64,000 nt of DNA from an uncultured Bacteroidales bacterium (lineage in GTDB: Bacteria; Bacteroidota; Bacteroidia; Bacteroidales; UBA932): assembly GCA_944325965.1 (NCBI GenBank), contig CALVCB010000001.1:3732-67731 (forward strand), read 5' to 3'. Position 1 is the first letter of the stretch. The number at the start of each line of letters is the position of its first letter. The notes beneath the pieces are model-generated. The model saw nothing but the letters and a program-made list of their open reading frames with translations, was not told the DNA's origin and did no database searches. A program made the position numbers and the translations under genes. Shown here in pieces: positions 20,487 through 30,184 of the stretch.

Positions 20487-21059
20487 CTACAGCCTGGCGG
20501 AAACTTTCTCCCAGTCTACGAGACCCCACCATGCCTCGATATAGGCCGCCCTTCTGTTCCTGTAATCGATATAATATGCATGCTCCCATACGTCGACTGT
20601 CAGCAGCGGCTTCAGTCCCCTTGTAAGTGGATTGCCTGCATTGGACTCCTGCAGGATGGACAGTTTGCCGTCGGCATCCTCTGCCAGCCATGCCCAGCCG
20701 GAGCCGAAAAGGGAAATGGCTGCTTTGGTAAATTCGTTCTTGAATGCGTCCACAGAGCCGAATGCCTCCGTAAGGGCGCAGGAAAGTTTCTCAGGCATCT
20801 CCTTGTGCTCCGGAGTGAGCGTCTGGAAAAAGAATGTGTGGTTCCATGTCTGTGCGGCATTGTTGAATATACCGCCGGTGGCCTTCCTGACTATGTCTTC
20901 AAGCGGCATTTCCTCATAGGGGGAGCCTTCTATCATCCTGTTAAGGTTGTCAATATATGTCTGCAGGTGTTTGCCGTAATGGTATTCAAATGTTTCTGCG
21001 CTCATTGCCGGGGCTAATGCATCCTGGCTGTAGGGCAGTTCAGGTAATGTATGTTTCAT
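20487..21059 (-). CDS. sodB: Superoxide dismutase, Fe/Mn family (Fe-type signature)
   Basis: HYGKH, FNNAAQTWNH, FGSGWAWL and DVWEHAYY motifs. A -7 box TATATTTG lies at 21095-21102. Confidence 0.95.
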   Translation of the reverse strand: MKHTLPELPYSQDALAPAMSAETFEYHYGKHLQTYIDNLNRMIEGSPYEEMPLEDIVRKATGGIFNNAAQTWNHTFFFQTLTPEHKEMPEKLSCALTEAFGSVDAFKNEFTKAAISLFGSGWAWLAEDADGKLSILQESNAGNPLTRGLKPLLTVDVWEHAYYIDYRNRRAAYIEAWWGLVDWEKVSARL

Positions 21060-21259
21060 GTCGGTAGGTATTGTTGTAGCTTCTTACAATATTACAAATA
21101 TAATTGATAATTCTGTCTTTTCCTAATTTAATTAATTGAAAGCTATGAATTTAATCCTTTAAATTACATGGGATTAACTGTAAAGGACAGAGTGATGGAC
21201 TTTTGCATTTGCTCCCTGGAGTCTGGATGTGTGACGGAATGCCGGTATTTCCTCCGGCA

Positions 21260-21898
21260 TCAGATGGGAAACCATACGAATATTGCGGCATCCCATATGG
21301 CGTGGGAGATGACTGCCGCCCAGAGCCGTTCCGGAAAGAACCTGTACAGCAGTCCCCAGACAGCCCCGGCCGTGAAGGCAGCTGCAATGAGCATGAAATT
21401 TCCGGAAGGGAGATGCACGAGCGTGTATGCGGCAAGTGTTGCTGCAGCCCCTTTGTCCGCATTCCATCTTTCTGACAGCGTGCGCTGTACATAGCCCCTC
21501 CAGAACAGCTCTTCCGCCGGTCCTATGAGGAACAGGAGCAGTGCGGACAGGAGCCATGGGGACATGCCGTCCTTTATCCCGTATATCATTTCCACCTGCG
21601 GCCTTGCGAACCCGAATATCTCCGATGAAATCCTGTCTCCGGCCAAGAATATGCCCCATAGTACGGCGGCAACCGCTGCACCAGCTGCAAAGTCGTAGCC
21701 TTTCAGCCTGGACGCTGTCCAGGTGTCCGGTCTAAGTATGGTTGCGACGGCCGTAAGTATCATGGCAGAGCATGACATCATCGCCCAGAAGCTGATGTGA
21801 GGGGCTGTCCATGGTGAGAACATTATGAACCACAGCACTGCGGCTGCAATGACTGCAATCATGGTACAAATACCCGTTTTTCCGGAAACGGTATTCAT
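21260..21898 (-). CDS. CPBP (CAAX/Abi) family intramembrane metalloprotease
   Basis: Hydrophobic protein with EELFWRG, YTLVH and SHAIWD motifs. Confidence 0.88.
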   Translation of the reverse strand: MNTVSGKTGICTMIAVIAAAVLWFIMFSPWTAPHISFWAMMSCSAMILTAVATILRPDTWTASRLKGYDFAAGAAVAAVLWGIFLAGDRISSEIFGFARPQVEMIYGIKDGMSPWLLSALLLFLIGPAEELFWRGYVQRTLSERWNADKGAAATLAAYTLVHLPSGNFMLIAAAFTAGAVWGLLYRFFPERLWAAVISHAIWDAAIFVWFPI

Positions 21899-21899
21899 G

Positions 21900-22814
21900 T
21901 CAGATGAAAGATGCGAGGATGAATGATATTGTGAACAGCAGCGAGAAGACCATCTGCAGCCTGGCTGTAGCCTCGTCCAGGGACCTGATGGCCGACATGC
22001 CTTCCTTTTTCGACCTTCCCATCGTCCTGATGCCCGCTGCCGCCGGGAACAGCGCCGCCATCACGAGCAGGCTCCATAAAGGGAACACCCCTGCGGCGCA
22101 GCATACCGCAATCCATGCGAACGGGATCAGGATTTCGGCATAGTATATGGCCCTTGATGCCAGCTGTCCCACACTCATGGCGAAAGTGCGGATTTGCGCC
22201 CGTCTGTCAGTGGCCGTGTCTCTTGCGTTGTTCGCGTGCAGAATGGCTACGGTAATGAGTCCGACTGGGGGTGCAAGCCAAAGCGAGTCCCACATTACGC
22301 TCCCTGTTGCGGCGTATGATGTCCCGAGTGTCGGCAGTATGGCGTATGCAATGAAAATGACCAGGTCTCCCAATGCCATGTATTTCATCGCCGGATAAAG
22401 AAGGGTGCAGGCCAGCCCGCCGATTCCTATCCACAGCAGCGGAAGTCCTGTGAGAGCCAGAAGGGTTGCCCCTCCCGCTGCGGCTACGGCCAGAAGTATG
22501 GCTGAGAGCCTTCTTATCTCTTCAGGAGTGAACATCTTTCCTGTCAGGGTCCTGACCCCGTAAGTGTCTTCCGCGTCGACCGATTTCTTGAAATCGAAAT
22601 AGTCGCTCCATGTATTTCCTGCGGCATGGAACAGGATTATGTTTACAAGAGCCCATATCCCGTAACCCCAGTGTATCGTGAAAGGGGGGTGGGCGTCACC
22701 GCTCTTCCAGAGCAGATAGCCGAGGGTGACGATTACCGGCATCGCGGACGCAGGGAAGGACCACGGACGCACTGCTATGATCCATTCCTTTAACGTATGT
22801 TTCCTTTGTTCCAT
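21900..22814 (-). CDS. UbiA/MenA family prenyltransferase (DHNA polyprenyltransferase-like)
   Basis: AVRPWSFPAS, NTWSDYFDFKKSVD and HANNARDTATD Asp-rich motifs in a multi-TM protein. Confidence 0.85.
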   Translation of the reverse strand: MEQRKHTLKEWIIAVRPWSFPASAMPVIVTLGYLLWKSGDAHPPFTIHWGYGIWALVNIILFHAAGNTWSDYFDFKKSVDAEDTYGVRTLTGKMFTPEEIRRLSAILLAVAAAGGATLLALTGLPLLWIGIGGLACTLLYPAMKYMALGDLVIFIAYAILPTLGTSYAATGSVMWDSLWLAPPVGLITVAILHANNARDTATDRRAQIRTFAMSVGQLASRAIYYAEILIPFAWIAVCCAAGVFPLWSLLVMAALFPAAAGIRTMGRSKKEGMSAIRSLDEATARLQMVFSLLFTISFILASFI

Positions 22815-22820
22815 CTGTAT

Positions 22821-23549
22821 TCAATTGAGGATGACGCAGCTGAAATATCCGCTGAACAGTCGTTTTGCCCTGTCGAGCTGCTCTTTCGTATTGAGTTTCA
22901 CATCCTTGAGCTTGTATTCCTGTCCGAGGGCCCCGTATTTGTTCACTCCGAGAGTGTGGTAGGGGAGTATTTCAACCCTTTGTATCATGCAATAGTTTCT
23001 GAAATGTTCTCCCAGCGCACGGATATCTTCTTCGAAATCACTGTACCCGGGGACAAGTACATATCTGAGCCAGAATGGTTTGCCATTCTCCTCCAGCCAG
23101 CGTGCCGTCTTCAGGGTCTGGGTATTGCTCCTCCCTGTGAGCACTTCATGTCTCCGTGGATTGAACTCCTTAACGTCCAGAAGAACGAGATCCGTAAGTG
23201 ACAGCAGTTTCTCCACATGCGGATTCCAGATTCCTCCGTTGGTGTCAATACATACATTGATTCCGTTTTCCCTGAGCTTCTCCACAGTATACACCAGTGC
23301 TTCAGCCTGCATTGTGGGTTCTCCTCCGGAGAATGTCACCCCTCCTCTCCTGCCGAAGAAAGGTTTTTCGTTAACTGCCATCTCCACTATTTTTTCAGGG
23401 GACGTCAGGATTCCTTCCCCGGCAGGTATGGTGTCGGGATTTGCGCAGTAAAGGCATCTGAAAGGGCATCCCTGCAGAAAAACGACGAGCCGGATTCCCG
23501 GCCCGTCATAAGTTCCCATGGATTCATACGAGTGTACTTTCAGCTCCAT
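22821..23549 (-). CDS. pflA: Pyruvate formate-lyase activating enzyme (radical SAM)
   Basis: DGPGIR, CPFRCLYC, SGGEP and LPYH motifs. Follows pflB. Confidence 0.96.
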   Translation of the reverse strand: MELKVHSYESMGTYDGPGIRLVVFLQGCPFRCLYCANPDTIPAGEGILTSPEKIVEMAVNEKPFFGRRGGVTFSGGEPTMQAEALVYTVEKLRENGINVCIDTNGGIWNPHVEKLLSLTDLVLLDVKEFNPRRHEVLTGRSNTQTLKTARWLEENGKPFWLRYVLVPGYSDFEEDIRALGEHFRNYCMIQRVEILPYHTLGVNKYGALGQEYKLKDVKLNTKEQLDRAKRLFSGYFSCVILN

Positions 23550-23582
23550 AAATTGGTCTGGTTAATGAAAACGGACTGCAAT

Positions 23583-25811
23583 TTACATGGACTGGTGGAA
23601 AGTACGGGCAATGACCTCCAGCTGGTGCTCCCTGCTCAGCTTGGTGAAGTTCACGGCATAGCCTGACACCCTGATGGTGAGCTGCGGATAGTTCTCAGGA
23701 TGTTCCATAGCGTCTTCAAGCATCTCCCTGTTGAGGACGTTCACGTTCAGATGGTGCGCACCCTTGGTGAAGTATCCGTCCATCATCGTCACCAGATTCT
23801 CTACCCTTTCCTCCGGTGTAGGCCCGAGGGATTTAGGGACAATCGAGAAGGTGTTGCTTATGCCGTCCATCGCGTCATGGTAGTCGAGCTTGGCTACTGA
23901 ACTGAGCGAGGCGATGGCTCCGTGGGAGTCACGTCCGTGCATAGGGTTGGCTCCAGGTGCGAAGGCTACGCCTTTTGCCCTTCCGTCAGGTGTCGCGCCT
24001 GTCTTCTTTCCGTACATCACGTTTGAGGTGATAGTAAGGAGAGAGAGGGTAGGCATTGCGTTTTTGTATATAGGAAGTTTGCCGAGTTCTGTGCTGAAAT
24101 AATGTACGAGATCCACGGCAAGACTGTCCACTTTGTCGTTGTCGTTTCCGAAACAAGGATATTCGCCCTCGATAGAGAAACCGTCGGTGAGACCGTCGGC
24201 GTTGCGGTGCGCCGTGACTTTTGCATACTTTATGGCTGAAAGCGAATCCACTGCTATCGAGAGTCCGGCAACTCCGTAGGCGAGGTTGATGGCCGGGTCT
24301 GTGTCAATAAATGCCATCTGTGACCTCTCGTAGTCGTATTTGTCATGCATGTAGTGGATGATATTCATGGCCTCGTTGTATACCCTTGCGACCTCATGCA
24401 GCACTTTCTTGTAGTTCGTTACTACCTCCTCGAAGTCGAGAACGTCGCTCTTGAGCGGTTCTATTCCCTCGACCATGAGTGTTCCGGTGTTTTCGCAGCG
24501 CCCGCCGTTGATGGCCAGCAGGAGTGCCTTGGCGAGGTTCGCGCGGGCCCCGAAGAACTGTATGGCCTTTCCTATGGCCTGGTATGATACGCAGCAGGCG
24601 ATACCATAGTCATCGCATCCGCGCACATGACGCATCAGATCGTCATTCTCATACTGTATCGAGCTTGTGTCCACTGAAACCTTGGCACAGAATTCCTTGA
24701 ATCCTTCAGGAAGCTCAGGACTCCAAAGTACGGTCATGTTAGGCTCCGGTGCAGGACCGAGGTTGTAGAGGGTCTGCAGGAACCTGAACGAAGTCCTGGT
24801 CACTTTCACTTTGCCGCTGTTGAAACGGCCACCGATGGATTCGGTTACCCATGTAGGGTCTCCTGCGAATATGTCGTTGTAAGACTGCATCCTGAGGTGG
24901 CGTACCATGCGGAGCTTCATCACGAACTGGTCTATGAGCTCCTGGGCGAAAGTTTCGTCTATATTGCCGTGGTCGAGGTCGTACTGTATGTAGATGTCCA
25001 GAAAGGAGGATACGTTTCCAAGTGACATTGCAGCCCCGTCCTGCTCTTTGACGGCGGCAAGGTAGGCCATGTAGACCCACTGTACCGCTTCCTGCGCATT
25101 GAGGGCAGGCCTTCCGAGCTCAAGCCCGTAGTACTCTCCCATGGTCTTTATGTCGTTGAGGGCATGTATCTGCTCCGCAACTTCCTCACGCAGCCTTATC
25201 CTCGCCTCTGTCATAGGACCTGTCAGGTTCTTCAGGTCTTCCTTTTTCGCTTCGATGAGCCTGTCCGCCCCATAGAGGGCGAGCCTCCGGTAGTCACCTA
25301 TGATTCGGCCTCTGGAATAGTTGTCAGGAAGACCGGTCAAGAAGCCCAGTGACCTGAATTTCAGTATTTCTTCCGTATAGACATCAAACACACCGTCATT
25401 ATGTGTCTTGCGATAGTGGGTGAATATCTCTTTTACCTGCGGGTCAATCTCCACTCCGTTTTCACGGCAGGCCTTCTCTGTAACCCTGAACCCTCCGAAT
25501 GGCTTGATCGCCCTTTTCAGGAGCTCATCTGTCTGCAGGCCTACGATTAGTTCGCACTCCTTGTCGATATATCCGGCCTTATGGGAAGTGATAGTTGAGA
25601 TTGTCCTGGCGTCTATTGCACGCACTCCGTTGTTCTTCCGTTCTTCATCGAGAGCTTTTAGACATTCGCCCCAGAGTTTTTCAGTGCGCTTTGACGGTCC
25701 TTTCAGAAACGATGCATCCCCTGTGTAAGGGGTGATGTTCCTGTAGACAAAATCAGACACGTCAATCCTGCGGGTCCACTCCCCGCCTTTGAATCTTTCA
25801 ATGATTTCCAT
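23583..25811 (-). CDS. pflB: Pyruvate formate-lyase (formate C-acetyltransferase)
   Basis: IACCVS catalytic cysteines and TIRVSGYAV glycyl-radical motif. A -7 box TATCTTTG lies at 25837-25844. Confidence 0.97.
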   Translation of the reverse strand: MEIIERFKGGEWTRRIDVSDFVYRNITPYTGDASFLKGPSKRTEKLWGECLKALDEERKNNGVRAIDARTISTITSHKAGYIDKECELIVGLQTDELLKRAIKPFGGFRVTEKACRENGVEIDPQVKEIFTHYRKTHNDGVFDVYTEEILKFRSLGFLTGLPDNYSRGRIIGDYRRLALYGADRLIEAKKEDLKNLTGPMTEARIRLREEVAEQIHALNDIKTMGEYYGLELGRPALNAQEAVQWVYMAYLAAVKEQDGAAMSLGNVSSFLDIYIQYDLDHGNIDETFAQELIDQFVMKLRMVRHLRMQSYNDIFAGDPTWVTESIGGRFNSGKVKVTRTSFRFLQTLYNLGPAPEPNMTVLWSPELPEGFKEFCAKVSVDTSSIQYENDDLMRHVRGCDDYGIACCVSYQAIGKAIQFFGARANLAKALLLAINGGRCENTGTLMVEGIEPLKSDVLDFEEVVTNYKKVLHEVARVYNEAMNIIHYMHDKYDYERSQMAFIDTDPAINLAYGVAGLSIAVDSLSAIKYAKVTAHRNADGLTDGFSIEGEYPCFGNDNDKVDSLAVDLVHYFSTELGKLPIYKNAMPTLSLLTITSNVMYGKKTGATPDGRAKGVAFAPGANPMHGRDSHGAIASLSSVAKLDYHDAMDGISNTFSIVPKSLGPTPEERVENLVTMMDGYFTKGAHHLNVNVLNREMLEDAMEHPENYPQLTIRVSGYAVNFTKLSREHQLEVIARTFHQSM

Positions 25812-25992
25812 AATCTTTCCCGAGTAATTACGGGCGCAAAGATATATCTTATTTTTAATCTTTCAAATTTGATTGCACTGTAGTTCCCGACAAGTTATCC
25901 ACAGGGCAATCAGGTCAGGGGACCGGGCCGCTCTCCTGCCCGGCAGTCTCTCCGGCATGGAGATGGCGGAAGAGCGGCCGGTACCCCGTGCA

Positions 25993-26322
25993 TCATGACT
26001 GGAAATCCAGGACATCTACCTTTGAGGCAATGACCTCATAAGCGGTCCGTTCTATTCCGTCGCTCCCCGTGAACCTTGATGTCCGGAGTCTTCCTGTGAC
26101 ATATACCGGGGCCCCTTTTACTATTGTCGAAAAGTCCGGCATCCCTTTCCCGTTCCATGCGGTGATGTTGTGCCATGTAGTCTCCACTACGGCCTCGTTG
26201 TCCTTTCCCTTGTACATGAAATTGGTCGCCAGGGAGAATCTTGCCACACGGTTCTCCCCTACATCAGAGATACGTACATTACCTACGTTACCCCTCAATT
26301 CAATTCTGTTCAGCTGTTCCAT
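25993..26322 (-). CDS. ssb: Single-stranded DNA-binding protein, short form (109 aa)
   Basis: LNRIELRGNVG, FSLATN, TTWHNITAW and KGAPVYVTGRL OB-fold motifs. No acidic C-terminal tail. Confidence 0.85.
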   Translation of the reverse strand: MEQLNRIELRGNVGNVRISDVGENRVARFSLATNFMYKGKDNEAVVETTWHNITAWNGKGMPDFSTIVKGAPVYVTGRLRTSRFTGSDGIERTAYEVIASKVDVLDFQS

Positions 26323-26620
26323 AAAAACTGTTTTAAATAATATAGTATCACTGACCGGGAATATCGAGCGCTCCATGCCGGCCGGATGCAAAGTAACGCA
26401 TAATAGCGGTCCGGTGTACCATTGCAGGGGTCTCCATATGCCATGTTTTTCTGTTTCTTTAAATAATTTTCCTTTTTTATGTACAGGCCGGATTTTGGAA
26501 ACATAAAAAACAGAAAAACTTTTTTTACATGCGTGGAGTTTCGCCACATTTATTTTGTCCGTATTGGAGCATGGCCCAAATTTGCGTCCGGTAAAATCCG
26601 AGTTAATTGATTGTATGTAT

Positions 26621-27046
26621 ATGGATAATCAGATGAAGATGCCGGCATATGCAGGAGCTGTCTGTCCGGCTGTGGTGGAGACCGCGGGCACGGCGGGGAA
26701 ATGCCTTGAATGCGGAAACCGGATTTCCTATGGCAGCAGGACCGACAGGAAATTCTGTTGTGACAAGTGCAAGAACAGGTGGCATAACAAGAGGGCCCGG
26801 AACAGCCGCCTGTTCCGGATCAGGGTGATAAGTGCGCTTGAAAAGAACTATAAGATACTGTCGGACCTTATAAAGATGGATGTAGACATGGTCCCTGTGA
26901 CAGTGTTGGGACAGATGGGCTTTGACTTCAGCCACATTACCGGCTACAGGAAAGTGAGGAAGAGTACGGAGATGTGGTGCTATGACATAAGTTTCATTGT
27001 CACCGAGACCCTGGTCAAGTCGATAAGCCGTCTCGATGTCTTATGA
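26621..27046 (+). CDS. Hypothetical protein with N-terminal Zn-ribbon (CxxC...CxxxC)
   Basis: CLECG...RTDRKFCCDKCKNRWHN followed by LEKNYKIL, a common Bacteroidetes hypothetical family. Start codon uncertain. Confidence 0.65.
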   Translation: MDNQMKMPAYAGAVCPAVVETAGTAGKCLECGNRISYGSRTDRKFCCDKCKNRWHNKRARNSRLFRIRVISALEKNYKILSDLIKMDVDMVPVTVLGQMGFDFSHITGYRKVRKSTEMWCYDISFIVTETLVKSISRLDVL

Positions 27047-27130
27047 TACCTTGATGTGGATTTTCGCTATCTTTGCAGCCGGGAATGGTTCCCTTTGGAA
27101 TTGCGATGCCTGTATTTAATACATAATGAT

Positions 27131-29167
27131 ATGGAAAATCCCTTGCTGACGGAATCCCCATGCAGGTGGGGTGCACCCCGGTTCGACATTATAAAGGCTG
27201 ATGATTATCTTCCCGCCTTCGAGGCCGGGATAGCCGAGGCCAGATCCGAGATTGATGCGATAGTGTCCAATCCTGAGCCGCCGGATTTCAGGAATACTGT
27301 AGAAGCCCTCGAATATAGCGGGAGGACTCTGGATAGGGTTTCTTCCATTTTCTTCAACCTGATCGAGGCAGAATCCGATGAGAGTCTGCAGGCGGTTGCC
27401 GAGAAGGTGTCCCCGATGCTTACCGGGTATTCCATGTACGTGTCATTGAACGTCCCGCTTTTCAACCGGGTGAAGGCTGTCTATGACATGAGGGACAGCC
27501 TCGGCCTGGAAAAGGACCAGATGAGGCTTCTGGAAAACACATACAGGTCTTTTGCCAGGAACGGGGCCGCCCTCCCTGAAAAAGACAAGGCTGTTTACAG
27601 CAAATACGCAGAGGAACTTTCTCTCCTGTCCCTTTCCTTCGGGAACAATGTGCTGCGCTCATCGAATGCGTATCGCCTTCACATCACCGATCCGTCCGAT
27701 CTGGACGGACTGCCGGACTACGCCGTTGAGGCCGGGAGATCTGCCGCGATATCGGAAGGGGTTGACGGATGGATGTTTACCCTGGACTATCCCAGCTATG
27801 CCCCCTTTATGAAGTACAGCAGGAAAAGAGAACTGCGCAGGCAGATGTACATGGCTTATAATTCCAAGGCCACAGGCGGGGATATTGACAATACGGGAAT
27901 TGTCCTGAAGATTGCGGACCTGAGGATCAGGATGTCATCGATGCTCGGGTACAGGGACCATGCCTGCTATGTCCTGGAGGAGAACATGGCCAAGACACCC
28001 GGGAGAGTGGAGGATTTCCTTTCCTCACTCATGTCGGTTTCATTGCCGTATGCAAGGGAAGAAATATCCAGGATATACGGCTATGCGGCCGGTCATGGGT
28101 TCAGCGATGCGGCGCTTATGCCATGGGATTTCCTTTTCTGGGCCGAGAGGTACAAAGAAGCCGAGTTTTCTCTCAATGACGAGCTTCTGAAGCCGTATTT
28201 CAGGCTTGAAGACTGTATTGAGGCGGTGTTCGGTCTTGCAGAGCGGCTCTACGGGATAAGGTTTACTATGGCGGATGATATCCCTGTGTACCATAAGGAT
28301 GTGAAGGTATACGACGTCACTGACGCGGACGGAAGGCATCTCGCAGTATTCTATGCCGACTTTTTCCCCCGTGAGGGAAAGCGTGGCGGGGCATGGATGA
28401 CGGAGTTCCGTGGCCAGTGCATGAGGGGAGGGGTCGAGGAACGTCCTCTGGTGAGCATAGTGACCAATTTCACAAAGCCCACGGAAAGTACGCCGTCACT
28501 TCTTACCCATGATGAACTGACGACTTTCCTGCACGAGTTCGGACATGCCCTCCATGGTATAATGGCGGAGGGGAGGTATCCGTCCCTTACAGGGACTTCT
28601 GTCGCAAGGGACTTCGTAGAACTGCCTTCCCAGATCATGGAGAACTGGGCATATGAACCGCAGTACCTGAAGACATTCGCAAAGGATTACAGGACAGGGG
28701 AGCCGATTCCTGAAGAGCTTGTGTCCAGGATAGTTGACGCCAGGAACTTCCTTGCCGGATACCATCAGGTGCGCCAGCTGCAGTTCGGTATATTGGATAT
28801 GGCCTGGCATACGCTGACATCGCTTCCCGGGACGGATGCCGTGGAATTTGAAAGGAAAGTTCTAGAGCCGTATCGTGTGATGCCGTATGTTCCCGGTACG
28901 GCCATTTCACCGGCGTTCAACCATATCTTCTCGGGAGGCTATTCTGCGGGATACTATTCGTACAAATGGGCGGAAGTCCTTGAGGCCGACGCCTTCTCCC
29001 TTTTCAAGGAGAAGGGGATTTTCGACAGGGACACTGCCGCTTCGTTCAGAAGGAACATCCTTTCCAGAGGAGGGTCCGAGGATCCGGAAGTGCTGTACCG
29101 CAACTTCAGGGGACGGGATCCGCAGGTGCAGGCACTTATGGAAAAACTGGGGCTCGTAAGGAATTGA
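27131..29167 (+). CDS. dcp: M3 family metallopeptidase (peptidyl-dipeptidase Dcp)
   Basis: NPLL N-terminus, KRGGAWM, HEFGH, DFVELPSQ and YSAGYYSYKWAEVL motifs. A -7 box TATCTTTG lies at 27068-27075. Confidence 0.94.
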   Translation: MENPLLTESPCRWGAPRFDIIKADDYLPAFEAGIAEARSEIDAIVSNPEPPDFRNTVEALEYSGRTLDRVSSIFFNLIEAESDESLQAVAEKVSPMLTGYSMYVSLNVPLFNRVKAVYDMRDSLGLEKDQMRLLENTYRSFARNGAALPEKDKAVYSKYAEELSLLSLSFGNNVLRSSNAYRLHITDPSDLDGLPDYAVEAGRSAAISEGVDGWMFTLDYPSYAPFMKYSRKRELRRQMYMAYNSKATGGDIDNTGIVLKIADLRIRMSSMLGYRDHACYVLEENMAKTPGRVEDFLSSLMSVSLPYAREEISRIYGYAAGHGFSDAALMPWDFLFWAERYKEAEFSLNDELLKPYFRLEDCIEAVFGLAERLYGIRFTMADDIPVYHKDVKVYDVTDADGRHLAVFYADFFPREGKRGGAWMTEFRGQCMRGGVEERPLVSIVTNFTKPTESTPSLLTHDELTTFLHEFGHALHGIMAEGRYPSLTGTSVARDFVELPSQIMENWAYEPQYLKTFAKDYRTGEPIPEELVSRIVDARNFLAGYHQVRQLQFGILDMAWHTLTSLPGTDAVEFERKVLEPYRVMPYVPGTAISPAFNHIFSGGYSAGYYSYKWAEVLEADAFSLFKEKGIFDRDTAASFRRNILSRGGSEDPEVLYRNFRGRDPQVQALMEKLGLVRN

Positions 29168-29244
29168 GTACGTTGATTTGCACTTTGGCGTGCAACACGT
29201 CCGCACCTTTGTGCATCTTGTGACAGATTTAAAGAATGTGACCC

Positions 29245-30057
29245 ATGATAAGATATTTAGGATTGGCTCTTTGTGGACTTTCGTGCATGCTGTGCGGATG
29301 CAGCAAGGTAGAGTTCGCAGGTATAACTGATGTCGTACATGTGGACATCCCGATGTCATATACGGAATTGGATGTGTCTTCCGTGATGGAAGTCAGATTT
29401 TCAGAGGACTGCACCTCTCCCCAGCTGGAGGCGGACGTCAATCTGATGCCGTACATCAAGATCTACGAGAGAAAAGGCGTGCTTTATGTTGGGCTTGCCA
29501 ACGGCCTCAAGCTGGATGACAGCGGCTGGGCTGCCTTTAAGGCCGTGGTTACACTCCCGCCTAACAGGGATATCGAGTCAGTTTCCCTTTCTGGCGCCGC
29601 TTCGCTCATATCCGATTTCCCGTTCATAGGCAGCAGGTTTGCCGTGGATGCATCAGGGGCTTCTTCATTTACGGGCGCAGTCGAGGCGGACGACTTTGAC
29701 GTCGACCTATCGGGAGCCAGCCTGATAGAGTGCGGGTTCCTCAAATGCGGAAGCATGGAGCTTTCGGCATCCGGTGCATCTTCCTTGAGGATTTCGGGCA
29801 CTGTGTCGTCATGCAGTATGTCCCTTTCGGGAGCTTCATCGCTGGGCGACATTTCTGTCAGCAATCCGTATTCACTGGAGATTGTAACTTGTACCGGTGT
29901 TCTCAGCGGGGCCAGCAGGGCCGTGTTCAGGAGCGACGGGAGGATCAGCTGTACCTTGAACGGAGGCAGCTCCATATACTACAGTGGGGATGCTGATGTT
30001 TCAGGTTCGGTATCCGATTCCGTATCTTCGATTGTCCAGGAGACAGGCAAACGGTGA
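29245..30057 (+). CDS. GIN/DUF2807 domain lipoprotein
   Basis: Lipobox LCGC, EADVNLMPYI motif and regularly spaced SGAS repeats. Confidence 0.8.
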   Translation: MIRYLGLALCGLSCMLCGCSKVEFAGITDVVHVDIPMSYTELDVSSVMEVRFSEDCTSPQLEADVNLMPYIKIYERKGVLYVGLANGLKLDDSGWAAFKAVVTLPPNRDIESVSLSGAASLISDFPFIGSRFAVDASGASSFTGAVEADDFDVDLSGASLIECGFLKCGSMELSASGASSLRISGTVSSCSMSLSGASSLGDISVSNPYSLEIVTCTGVLSGASRAVFRSDGRISCTLNGGSSIYYSGDADVSGSVSDSVSSIVQETGKR

Positions 30058-30103
30058 TTTTTCTGTAAAAAAGCAGGGTTGACTGCAACATTTCTGACAT
30101 TCT

Positions 30104-30145
30104 TCCGGTCTGACAGATATAGATTCTGCGGCAGACCGGATTTTT
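30104..30145 (+). terminator. Possible terminator/attenuator hairpin between the two GIN genes
   Basis: TCCGGTCTG...CAGACCGGA followed by TTTTT. Confidence 0.5.
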
Positions 30146-30184
30146 CTGTGCTGCCTGGTGGGGAAACTCTTAAATCAATATACA

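Noticed and set aside
21103-21150. Possible OxyR/Fur/PerR operator upstream of sod
   Set aside because: The region is AT-rich and matches each consensus only partially.
25895-25903. DnaA box as evidence for oriC
   Set aside because: Only one copy was seen, with no box cluster or unwinding element.
26323-26547. N-terminal extensions in the ORF track for ssb (also META, queH, dcp, merR, rnfE, GH29, GH3)
   Set aside because: They come from upstream alternative start codons; family homology or signal peptides begin at the downstream ATGs used here.
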